A stretch of 64,000 nucleotides of DNA from Trichosphaerium sp. ATCC 40318 (taxonomy: Eukaryota; Protista; Tubulinea), in assembly GCA_038496445.1 (NCBI GenBank), contig JALMLS010000353.1:372001-436000 (forward strand). The letters run 5' to 3'. Of this stretch, positions 1-11,169 are shown one piece after another; within the stretch, counting starts at the first letter, position 1, and each line of letters opens with the position of its first letter. The position numbers and the translations under genes were made by a program. The notes under the pieces are model-generated. The model ran no database searches and was not told the DNA's origin. It saw only the letters and a program-made list of their open reading frames with translations.

Positions 1-891
1 TTTGTGCGTTTCGGTTTTGACTGTTTGAAAATGGTAGGTACCTTCTAACGTTAGCTTGGCTTGTTCACGTTGGTATTAATAATATTGCTAACTACCACCC
101 GTTCTTGAACACAATGTTCATTGCTATGGATGGAGTTTTTAGTTTCTTTGGAGTTGTCATATTTGGGGTGTTCTCTTTTTGGCTTATGGCATGCGTTGTA
201 GCTGGTGTATTTAAGTTTGGTGTTCGCGTGCCGTTATTAGTAAAACTATATCCTATGGAGTACGATTTTTTTGCTTCAAACCGTATAAGCGCAATCACGT
301 GATTTACACATGTTGCTAGCTGTGGAGTAAAGGCTAATATGATTTTTTTTTGTTTAGACCACACAAAACAATGATGTCCGCTTTTCTGTTCAATACGTTT
401 GTCATCCTACTTGTCTCTGTTGCTGTGACACACTTCATTACAGTGTCTTTTGAAGATTACGCAAGTCTATCTGAAATTAATGGTACGCAGTGACTGTCGA
501 GGCATTAAAAGCTTGGCGAACCAAAAAAACCTACTTCGGAACAGTACACAAACAATCTGACTGGGGTTCCCCAGCAGGTTCTCCTACGTGTGCTTGGTAT
601 TATCAGGCATGCGCCTAGTCCATTGTATCACTTTTAGCTGTGTAGAAATATTATGGAATGTCACTGTTTGATTTTTTTTGTTTAGCTCTGTTTGCAATGT
701 CAGTTTCGAACCTTCGTGGATTAAAATACTTTTGGAAGTATTCTGTATATGCTCTATTCGCAGTTTCTGCAATAACATTTATTTATTTGTTATGGAAACC
801 TAGAGACGAGTCTCCTATAAAGTCTCATATGTATTCTAAACTAAATACTAAGAAACTAGACAAGAAGAAGATTAAGAAACAAAAGAAGTAA
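1..891 (+). CDS. LMBR1/LIMR-family multipass membrane protein, 3' part (5' end outside window; spliced)
   Basis: Spliced translation ...GVRVPLLVKLYPME|PHKTMMSAFLFNTFVILLVSVAVTHFITVSFEDYA...NLRGLKYFWKYSVYALFAVSAITFIYLL matches the C-terminal pattern of LIMR-family proteins (TxMxxFLFN...F..YA...LRG.KY). Stop TAA at 889-891. Confidence 0.75.
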
Positions 892-1255
892 ACACCGAAC
901 CAAAAAAACAAAAACAAGAAAAAAATAACAATAAATCACGTGTTTGTACATAAACCGCTTGGGGTTTTTTTTTTCAACACAGCGGAAGGTGCAGCTCTTT
1001 ATTTTTTGAGGGTGCCCGCGGTTTTAAAATAAAGTTTAAACAAATACACCACATTTTACATGCACCGGAGTTTAGGGGTTGAAACGTTGTGCAAGGTTCA
1101 GTAAATAACAATGTGATTATTCTTAAAAGATCGTTTCGCCAACATACGTAAAACAAGGCCCCACAAGTGGGTTGTATAACAAAATACGCCAATAAGGCAA
1201 CAAAAAAGCAGTAACAACTACACAAAGCGCGTAACAATACACCTAAACTAAGAAA

Positions 1256-4024
1256 ATGGGTGCGTGCCATGGAGGTAGAACAGCTAATCACGTGGCTATA
1301 TCGAAAGCTATCTCTAAAGCTAAAAGAGAGCAAGCAAAGACTATAAGGATATTATTACTAGGTTAGTAGTATTTATACTGTATATATCAAGGGAAGATAA
1401 GAGATTATTGCCCGCGATAACGTGTTAAAACAGAATTTAGTATTTTAGGAAAAAAACAAAAAAAACAAGGTTACATGAGTTTATTTTAATGTTTCTTCTC
1501 TTTATTCTTATTTATAATGCTTATATACACTATATTATAGGTGCTGGGGATAGTGGTAAATCTACATTTCTTAAACAGATGAAATGCGCTCATGATAGAC
1601 TATCTCTTGCTGATTATCAGACGTATAGGAGGATTATTAGGTACTCTTTTTTTGTTTAAAGCGATCAATTTTTCTTCAAGAAGAACTACCCAAAAAACGT
1701 TGATGCACCAAAAGTCCGGCCGTATTTTGTACTAATGTGATATGTAAGAGACAATTTAATTGCTGCAGCAAAGGGACTATATATTGGTGCAAGCCGAGAA
1801 GGTATTGATGTAACAAGTGAAACAATAGTACGTAAAATAACAAACGTTTTTAAACGCTTTATTTTTTGAAAACTCAGCGCAGTTCGGGGAGGTACCACCA
1901 ATTGTCACGTGATTTCAAAAAAAAAAACGATCGTGGACAGTTGACTAATTTTATGACGTGGGTTTTTTTGTTCGTTCTTTGCGCACGTGACATAATTATA
2001 ACAGAATTTTTGAAAAAACCTATTCAAAAAAAAAAAAAAAAAGAACTCGTTTCACGTTAGCTAAAAGCCGTAATTATTTCTCCACTACTAGTGAAATTGT
2101 TTCTACATGTTACTCCTCGCTGCTATGCAGTGGTTTTCTGGCGGAGAAACCATTTCAACGGCAAATCAGTTTAAAAACGAGCGAAACTGTCCCTTTTACT
2201 GACTTCTATCTTTTAGAACACGTATGAAACAATTATCGATGTAGATACGCGAGTATGGACGTCAGAGACGATAGAACAACTCCAGGTACCTGCAACCATC
2301 AGTCACTCCAGATGGAGATATTAACAAAGACCAGAAACTATGGAAAGATCCAGGTATTAAGAAAGTGTGGCGTTGTTATAAACTAAAATATCACTTGCTT
2401 TGGTGTACAAACTAGTGCGTTATTTTACCGACAATTCATTTATTACCTCTTTATGTGGACTTCTAAACAGTGTTTTTTTCAAAAACGAACGACATATTTC
2501 AATCGTGTTTATCAAAACCTTGCATCATTTGTTTTGTTATGTAAAAACTATCTCCGAACTTTTATTTTTGTTTTAATTCTCCTTAAATATAAAAAACGTA
2601 ACAAAAATATTTCGGGTATGACGTCATATAATGATAACATCATATAAAACCAAGTAGAGAAAATATAACGCAATAATGGTTTTCTTGTTGACCAATTTTT
2701 ATTCCGAAAAAAAAAGAAGTGAATTTTTGGGTTTTTTTCTTTCTTGTCCCTCGTATTTATATTTTGTATGAAGCCTTTTTAAACATGCTGGTCGTATTGG
2801 TTCTAGTAACTACAGACCTACAGAAGATGATATTTTCAGAGCTAGGCTCAAAACTACAGGTGCGAAGTTATTCGCTTTACAGAATTTTTTTTGTGTTTTT
2901 TTTTCAAACCTTCTTTGCCTCTCCAAGGCACGTGCAGGTACTTCTGTATTTTTATGATGTGCACACCATAACATATTGAGGGGTTTTAGTAATTTTTTAA
3001 TTCTGGCTGTGGCTATCTAACGTTTAAAAAGGTGTCAAAGAGACAACTGTAACAGTAAAAAATGATATCAGAATAACTTTCATCGATGTTGGTGGTCAGC
3101 GTTCTGAGAGGCGTAAATGGCTTGATTGTTTCGATAATGTTGATGCTATTATTTACCTTGTGGCTTTGGATGAATGCACGTGATTTTAGAGGTTTTTACA
3201 ATTTTCTCCACTCACGTGACTTTTTCGGGTTTTTTTCGAAAAGTTCGGCTTGTTGTATTACGTCTCTTCTTGGATTCTTATACTCATTAGATAACATGGT
3301 AATAGAAGAAAACAATACAACGAACAGACTCAAAGAGTCTATGGCCGTTTTACATGAGGTCAGCGGCGCATCAGCTCTAAGAGATATGGATATTCCGTTT
3401 ATTCTATTTTTAAACAAGTTCGATTTATTCCGAGCCAAGTATGAGTATGTGCCTCTCAGCGACTATTTTCCAAAATATAAAGGTAATAACGAATGCACTC
3501 CTTCAATTACAACATTAAAAACTCTTTACTTATAAAACTAAGGAAATGATTGGCAAGAGGGTGTCAAATTTGTCGCTGGAAAGTTACATGAAAGAGTTGA
3601 AGATCACAGAATAGCCAACACTTACGTGAGTACATTTTTTTTACTATTCAGCTATTAAAAAACGTAAATGTGTTTCTTTCCATCATAATGCGATCTTCCA
3701 TTTGTGCAGAACTGTCAAAATGAAACTCGTCTGTTTTTTTTCAACATCAATTTCTTTCTCTCTTGCGTACCCCTCTTCTTTTGCTTTATTTGATTAATCA
3801 CTTTGTCAACTAAACTCTCTTCACCATAATTAACTTTTCAATAGGTCACGTGTGGTTTAGACACGAGAAATTGTTCCCGCGTATTCAGATCAATTTACGA
3901 GGAGATTTTAATGGATAACTTGACAGCAGTATCCGCTTTGAGTAAATCATCAAAATCAAGCTCAAAAGCATCATCATGCGAATCTGAAACAAGAAGTAGT
4001 TCTGAACCTCGTGTCATTTTCTAA
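1256..4024 (+). CDS. Heterotrimeric G-protein alpha subunit (catalytically intact), multi-exon
   Basis: N-terminus MGACH (myristoylation/palmitoylation). G1 [13 protein letters not shown]2 RLKTTG, G3 [13 protein letters not shown]4 FLNKFD, G5 VTCGLDT. Ends in a Ser-rich extension ...SSSEPRVIF*. Needs a GC-AG intron at 3176-3290. Confidence 0.95.
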
Positions 4025-4366
4025 AAAGAGGAAGAGCGTTATGTAATCATGCGCAAAGAGAGTTGAATTTTTTTATCTACAAGTGAAATACCAAAAAACC
4101 AAAGTAAATATTGTACAGTAGCGACCCTAGTATCAAAGAAATGGGTGAAAGTAAATTATAATTAATTAAAACGAAGTATATTCGATTGCATGTATGAATT
4201 GGGATGTTATGAGTACCCACTGACTTCGTATAAAAACAACTTTGTGACAAAGCAAGTTAATTAATAAGTGGATATTTGTAATCTTATCAAGAAGGTCTGA
4301 CTAGTGATAGAGTTGCAAAAGATATATGCAAGAGAGTTAGTTGAGTTATAGTGGATAAGAGTAGGT

Positions 4367-4815
4367 GTTGATGAACTGGGGCAAAGCATTGTGACCTGAA
4401 ATATCGCTATTTTTCAATTTAGCTACTTTTCAAAGGTAACTCCTGATTAGTAGCAAGCACGTGACTTTGCTGGTCCTAGCATCACACAAAGTACTCCGTA
4501 AGGATACAACTATAGCTTTATTTCAGGTCAAAACCGTTTGCTAAGTTCATGTCGACTTCTAGTTAAACGTATCCGCTTTGCGGTATACTGAATTTTGCTA
4601 GTTTCCTGTCGTTTAGTGCGTGTTTACAAATCAAATTTACTGTTCTGAGCTGTATCGTTTGTTGTCATTTTTTGGGCGTTTTTACAAGGAAAACTCGCAC
4701 AGTTTTCGGCTTTTTTGCCTTCTCGCTCACAACGCATAAAAATAGTCGAGCTTGGCTCTCCTACGCACGTAAAGCCATATTAAGAGGCGGAAACGTTTAA
4801 GTGGAAGTCGACATG
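4367..4815. mobile_element. Two abutting inverted-repeat (foldback/MITE-like) units
   Basis: Imperfect IR ~4367-4410 / ~4512-4556 (core TGACCTGAAATA..GCTAT). A second ~30-bp IR at 4548-4577 (CATGTCGACTTCtagTTAAACGTaTCCGC) / 4787-4815. No ORF and no clear TSD. Confidence 0.55.
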
Positions 4816-4949
4816 CTCAATAGGTTCTGTAAGTTTATTGTCTTGTGTTGCTTTCGCATCCTATTCAACTTTAACCAGTTTTAGCACCTCCTTCCTTTCT
4901 TAATTGGGCAAGTTTTTCCTTTTTTACCCTTGTCGCCACTATAGCTGGC

Positions 4950-7407
4950 ATGAATTTATTCATGGTCTCTAGCCTGCTAATCGCTTTTGCTTTCATTACA
5001 GTGTGGCTACCAGTCACTAACGCTCAAACATGTATGCCATTCACTGTAGAGAGTAACTGCGTATACGAGGGGACTAATAGCTCGTTTCAAATATTTGTAC
5101 CGTATGCTCGTCAAGAAACGTTACTAACGAACTATTCAACATTCGCTACGGATATTTCAACGGCATTGAGCTTGGACAGGGAGTACGTGCAAAAAAAAAA
5201 AGTTATTTAACAAATGGAACCTCACGTACTTGCGGTACTAACTAGTACGTAGTTGTGGCAGAGAATTGAAAGAACTCGTTTGTAAACGAGTTTTTCGACC
5301 ATGCGGCGGTTTTCCGCCAATAACCGCGTGTTATTCACAATGCCAACGCGCACTAACTGCTTGCGAACGATTATTCGAGATCGTCCCCGAAAAAAAACTA
5401 AATTGCAACGAAACAGAGGAGTTCTTTGGTACAACGCATTAAACAACGTAACAGTGGCGGTTCTTGTACTAACGGTTGTACCAGGTCTTACTTTTGATGC
5501 GTATACACCAGCACCTTGCAACGAACGACGGGTAGCCATTGTAGAAGAAGACTGTATGTTTCCGTTCAAATACAACAAAGAAGCGAAATCGGATGAGCCT
5601 CCGTGCGCCATATCATGTCCTTTCCCCGATAAATCACTTTGTAGAGTACCACACTTGGTATGGCGCACTAACACATCGTTTGAAAAGAACTAACAAATCC
5701 ACTAGATTTTCTATATTTTGAACCCGATTTCTTTGGTCGTTGGCGTCTTTACACTTGCTACATTTCTTTCAAGTAAGAAAAGAAGGAGATTTCCTGTCAA
5801 TTTACATATTATTCTCATGGTGTACGTACACGTGAAACAAGAACAATCATAGTTTTTTTGTTGCAAACAAAAAAAAAGAGAAAACTAAACTTTTTTTCAA
5901 TAGATTTCTAAGTCTTGTTGTGCCTTTGGGGCAGATACCTTCTTTTTTGGTATCACGTGAAACTATGTTATGTGAGAATGATTATACATACAGAACAAAA
6001 TATAAGGCCCAGAATATACCGTGCCTCATTCAAGGTAACCGTTTTTTTCAAAGAAAAAAAAACGAAGTCAAAACAATTGAAGTTCTTACTGCTTGTGAAT
6101 AGGTATAATAGTTTATATTGGAGGTTTAAGTGCAACGTTTTATTGGGCATCATTGGGACTTATTACTGCAATGTCATTGTACAGCTTAGAGACAAATTGG
6201 AGCAAAACTGTGAGGTACTCATTATTGTCTAAAACCAAAGAACATCACGTCTAACAACTCACTTTTCTAACTAGATATCTCTTCTATTTTTTTCCTGGAA
6301 GTGTAGTTGCTGCTATTATCATAGCAAACTTGGCGTTTACAAAGTTCAGATCACAGCCTTCTTGTTTGTCTGTGTGCTTTATATCGTTCTTACCAGAAGA
6401 TGCAACACTAGTTGCAATAGGTGTAATTCCAGCTATTTTATCCGTTGTAATCAACGTTGTTTGTGTTTCATACATTACATACAAGATATTTGAAGCATAT
6501 TTGGTACAGTAACGGCTCATATACAATCTATTAACTCCAACACAGCGGGTAAGTAAAATGTCAAAGCTGAGTAAAAAGAAAAAAGCAAAAAAGTACAATT
6601 ATCCTTCCTTCACCTTGCACTATACTTAACTTTTTATTAGGCTGCTATTAGCTCAAGCTGGTATGTGGGTTTACTTAGTAGGAGCAGGGTGGACTGCTAT
6701 GTGCGTTGTAGTAGGGTGGTGTAGGTACGAATGCAGCCAAAATCAAAATCTGTTTAACGGGCTGTAGTGTACCTATTAAAGGTCAAACACGTGTACTAAG
6801 AGAAGTCAGTTTCTGGATAGACTGCGTTACAAGCGGTTCAGGAAATTGCGGTATGTGTTACTTTAAAGTCGATGAATACAAATCTACACGTGGATAGTGC
6901 TAAGGCTTACCCTATTTTTGCTTAAGGCGCTTTTCCAACAACTGTTTCTGAAGCAGTGACGAATACAGTCATATTTTCCATGTCAACTACAGGTATAGTA
7001 TCATTCCTAACGGCAATGGGTACGTCATTTTAAAATAAAAACCCAAAAGACACATTGTTATAGACATCTAATTGGGATTGTTTAGCGATGCCTGATTTTT
7101 TTCCTCTTATTGTGAGGAACTACTATTACTGTACTTGTCGTTATGATCTATGGCTTGTAAAGTATAAAAAAGGCCAGACAGGGTCTCAAAAGACAAGTAA
7201 AACGAATGCTTCAAGCTATAGATCAGATGAGTCAAATAGTGTTGCTACAATGGGGAACACAGAAAAGGACAACAAGGAACAGTTACAAATTTAGAGCTTG
7301 AAGTAGATCACTCTTTCGGCTCAGATAATATAAGCTCTGAGAGTGATGATAATATAGATTTTATAGACGATGATGATGAAGATCAGGAATCCACTGTTGT
7401 GGTGTAA
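4950..7407 (+). CDS. Frizzled/Smoothened-like GPCR (Dictyostelium fsl type)
   Basis: Signal peptide, then a Cys-rich Frizzled-like domain (CGRELKELVCKRVFRPC...CYSQCQRALTAC), linker CAISCP, TM1 followed by KRRRFP, and further hydrophobic helices. The C-terminus is either ...KEQLQI* (7294) or the acidic ...DQESTVVV* (7407). Confidence 0.8.
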
Positions 7408-7806
7408 AGAGAGAAAAAAAATAATGCTTTGGTTGAAAAGCAATTTGTAAACTATAGTTTCTTCAATAAAGATAAACTAAAATGAAATAACGTACACCTA
7501 GAAATTGGATGACTTCTCTGATTTTTTTGACACATCACAGCCTGAATTGGTGATAAAAAAGACCAGAGAAGCAAACGCAACGCCACATGCGTTGTAGCTA
7601 TTGATATAAATATCGTCGTTAACATTGTGTGCTCTGAATGTTGTTACAATGTGCGCTCCGTGAGTTATGGCAGTGGCTTCGTTTTCAAAGATATCATCCA
7701 CGTGCTTGCTTTCGGTTTGACTCAGTACTTCTGATTGTTCTGAAATTATTGGATTTCGGTTTTGAAAATTAAGTTGACATTTTTTGTCATAGAAAGCGCG
7801 CTCTGA

Positions 7807-9082
7807 ATGACTGAGCCACAAATCAAACGCCAATATGGCAGCGATACGCTATTACAGACTCTACCATCCGAAATATGGCAGCACATCCGTTCTCAATGCC
7901 ATTGGACTGCTATCGGCTCTATTCACGCTGTATCGTCTACTTGGCACAAAGAAGCAGCGAAACCAACGTTTGAACAAAAACTATACCGCAACATCATAGA
8001 ATCAACTCTTAACGAATACACGTTCTTCAAAACAATGAAAATTAACGTTTCAGAGTGGTTAGATCGTTTTGACAACACCGTACGCTTATTAATCGTTTAT
8101 TTCGTACTACGAGCGTTGAACTAAGCTCCAACAGGTTACATACAAGTGTATCTTCAAGGATCAGTTACTAGAAATAGTATCCGAGTTGGAAAAGCTGAAA
8201 AAAATCGTATCCAAGACGGTGCCTTGGAAAGAAAACTATGAGGGTGCTTTATCAATTGTCGGAAGTTTCTCTGAGAAAAAATTCGCTGACAAGGTACCTG
8301 GTAGCTACTCGTTCATCGGTGGTACTCCTACTGTTCCTTCTGATGCTGATATATCTGGTTGGAACATCGGTGATGGTAAAACACTCGTTGCACAGCTTGA
8401 TATGCTTGATTTTTCTCACGTGTTGAGCACTCAAGATCTATTCCCTAAAAAAGGTATTTTATACTTTTTTCACACTGAGTGGAGTACTCCTTCTGTGTTC
8501 CATATTGTACGGCTTTTGTTTCTTCTTGTTGTTTTATATGATTATACGTAGTTGAACTACGTAGTAGAGCCATTAATGACTCGGCTTAAGTCGAACTGTA
8601 TCGAGTCATTAACTGCTTGCACTTATTACACGTGATTTTGTACTAATTGTATTTAGGATACGGAGGATTGTGATACATTGAAATGGGCAACAGGATATTC
8701 ACCTGGGGAAGGACGAATGCTCAAGAGTGTTATATCTTCAGCTATTAAAGATACACTTTTTGTCGATAGTTCTAAGCTTGAATCATTGATTAAAGAAGAC
8801 CTCCCGAAAGACAAGAAATGGGACAGTAGAGAAGCACTTGAAGAGTTTGAAAAAGATAGAGCAAAGTACACATTTCGTGATGGTTATTTCCCAGGTTGTC
8901 ATCGGGTTGGAGGATACAAGAGTTTTTGTAGTCAAGGTAATTCTGTGTTAAGTGAAGGCGAGAGATTGTACATTCAAACATCTCATGATGGTGATTTATG
9001 GCACTCTTTTATCTTCAGTACTGATATTTCTAATGTTGGTGACTACTCAAAAGTAAATCTGATGATGTCTGACGACGTATAA
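7807..9082 (+). CDS. F-box-like + DUF1963/YwqG-like domain protein
   Basis: N-terminal LLQTLPSEIWQHI...IHAVSSTWH (F-box pattern). SFIGGTPTVP...LVAQLDM...LFPKKGILYFF and HRVGGY are the typical YwqG/DUF1963 motifs. Two GT-AG introns. Confidence 0.7.
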
Positions 9083-9818
9083 TAGAGAACAAAACAAAAC
9101 AATAAAATTTAACTCAGCATTTAAGCATTCATTTACAGCTGTACATTGGCCAAGACTTGCCCTCCCTTCCCGGTTCGTGACGAAATCTTGTGTTCACATC
9201 GACCTTTAAACTTCCATCTGTCATACTCTCTTGTTGTTTACCATTGGTGAAATGGCACTTAGCCAACTGTCCATAAACCATTTCTCGTAGTATAACAACT
9301 TTCAGTTTCACAGTTGCTCTTCTCTGAAAACCGAATCGGAATAGAGTCGACTATTTCCAACTTTTCACGTTTTGCCGATAGATTCGGTATTCTATTCGTT
9401 TGGAACATCGCTAGTTACCCTTCATCTTCAGGAGCAGAGGTAAACGAAATATCAAAGTAATGTTTGTAAAATAAAACAATGATACGAGTTAGTTCCTGAG
9501 CCGAAATATGTACGGTGCATCCCGCATAGAACGAAAGAAACCTAATACAAAAGTTTGTTGTATAAGCTTCGTTCTACTTTGGAAAAGTTCAGAGCTCTTA
9601 TCGGGTAAATTATTCCGAATAGTTGCTGTAAGCTTACACTTTTTGACTCAATGACCCGCTAGTAAGCAAACCCGATACATATAAAAGTACAGTACGGATA
9701 TCATACGCTGTAATACTGAAGTATCTGTGTTGGTGCCAGCAGTATTTGTACACAACTGTTCAGTAAACAGCAAAAAGTCAACGGGTTTTTTTTGATCTTC
9801 AAAACACCAAGTATCTTC

Positions 9819-10314
9819 ATGCGTTTACACCTTATCATCACCTTCACTTTTGTCCTTATCGTAATGCGAATACAAAAGCCTGCGACATCTTCTTACTTCA
9901 ATCTAGGTAGCTTCACAGCCACCTCCTTGCTGTCAACTTCTCCCTTCTGGTAGATGCAGGGACATATCTTGTGCTCGTAGAGGCGTCGCGTTTGGACAAC
10001 CAACAAGTTGTATACCCGTTGTAAGAGCAGTCCCAGGAGGTACGTGTACAATCTAAACCAAGAAAAGCTCTTTTACTTCTCGTAGTACTTATCTGTGATG
10101 GTTTTTAGGGCAAACACGTGATTGTATTTGTGTTCCGAGAGACCCAGTTTTAAGAGAGCGAACATGCGCCACGCTTGCCCCTCCAACCTGCCAAGATCTT
10201 GCTTGTACCAACCGATTGAGAGCTATTGGATTCCCTAATCCTCCTGGTTGTACATCAGTTCTTACAATACCACTCGGCACTCAAAGACAGTGTGTATGCT
10301 CTGTCTGTTATTAA
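9819..10314 (+). CDS. Small secreted cysteine-rich protein with two tandem 6-Cys modules (absent from ORF track)
   Basis: Three exons joined by GT-AG introns give MRLHLIITFTFVLIVASQPPPCCQLLPSGRCRDISCARRGVAFGQPTSCIPVVRAVPGGQTRDCICVPRDPVLRERTCATLAPPTCQDLACTNRLRAIGFPNPPGCTSVLTIPLGTQRQCVCSVCY*. Confidence 0.8.
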
Positions 10315-10443
10315 ACAAGAAGTAATAAATAGCATATTACCTTAGCGACTTAAACATTTTCTGTCTTCTATGTTGTCATGCTTTTTTATTCTTCAAATAA
10401 ATGATTTTTCTATTGCCTCATAAAATTCTTGAACTTTTTTTTT

Positions 10444-11169
10444 AAGGGGGAAGAAGATGCATTAAGATGCATCACTTAACAGCATGTATAGAGTTGTTAT
10501 ATGTGGTGTGTGATACTAAAGGGGAATTTTATGTATTAAGACGTCTCACTTAATAGTGTACACTGTTTGTATTAGGCTACAAAGGGGGAAGATTGTATGC
10601 TAAGTTCCGTCACTTAACAGTGCACACAGACGCTATTGTGCAATAAAGGGGGAAAATGATGCATTAAGGTACACCACTTAACAGTGTATAGACTTGCTAT
10701 ACGTGGTGTGATACTAGTTTCACAAACACGTCTCTTTACTGGGGCAAATAAGTGTTAAGACAGACCACTTAACAAGTTTTTTGTTAGTACCTACCATTGG
10801 CAGCGTACTAGAGCGCTATTGGAGTTAAAGCTTGTGAAATTAAAAAAAATTCACAACCTACACGTCATCATTACACAACACTTTTTTTTTCAATAAATCA
10901 TCTCTTATAGGGGCGCTTTTGTGTTTAAGATGACTCACTTAACCTCATTGAACAATACCACCACTGGCAGCGTACTAGAGCGCTTTAAGTGGCTCAGCGA
11001 AGCCCATGCGAGCTGCAAATATCCTGAGTTTTCTGGGAAATCTTTGAGCTGGTATCAAAGATTTCCACCTTGTGACTACACATAGCTGGTTCTTTAATAC
11101 ACGTTACAGTTTTATTTATAGTACATTTTTTTATTAAGTTTTACTAATGGGGGTGGTAGGTGTATTAAG
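10444..11169. repeat. Array of six complete and one interrupted GGGG-N10-NTTAAG-N6-CACTTAAY modules
   Basis: CACTTAAY at 10473, 10547, 10611, 10675, 10766 and 10936. Each is preceded 6 nt upstream by (A/G/T)(T/C)TAAG, with a G4-5 run 9-10 nt further upstream. A seventh left half lies at 11149-11169. Confidence 0.9.

Noticed and set aside
9129-9700. Possible small minus-strand spliced gene
   Set aside because: Splice-like signals exist, but I could not build a consistent open reading frame or recognise a domain.
10444-10943. CRISPR array or TIGR-like guide array
   Set aside because: Repeats are not identical, the period is irregular (64-170 nt), inter-repeat segments of units 1 and 4 are related to each other, the context is eukaryotic, and no effector gene is nearby.
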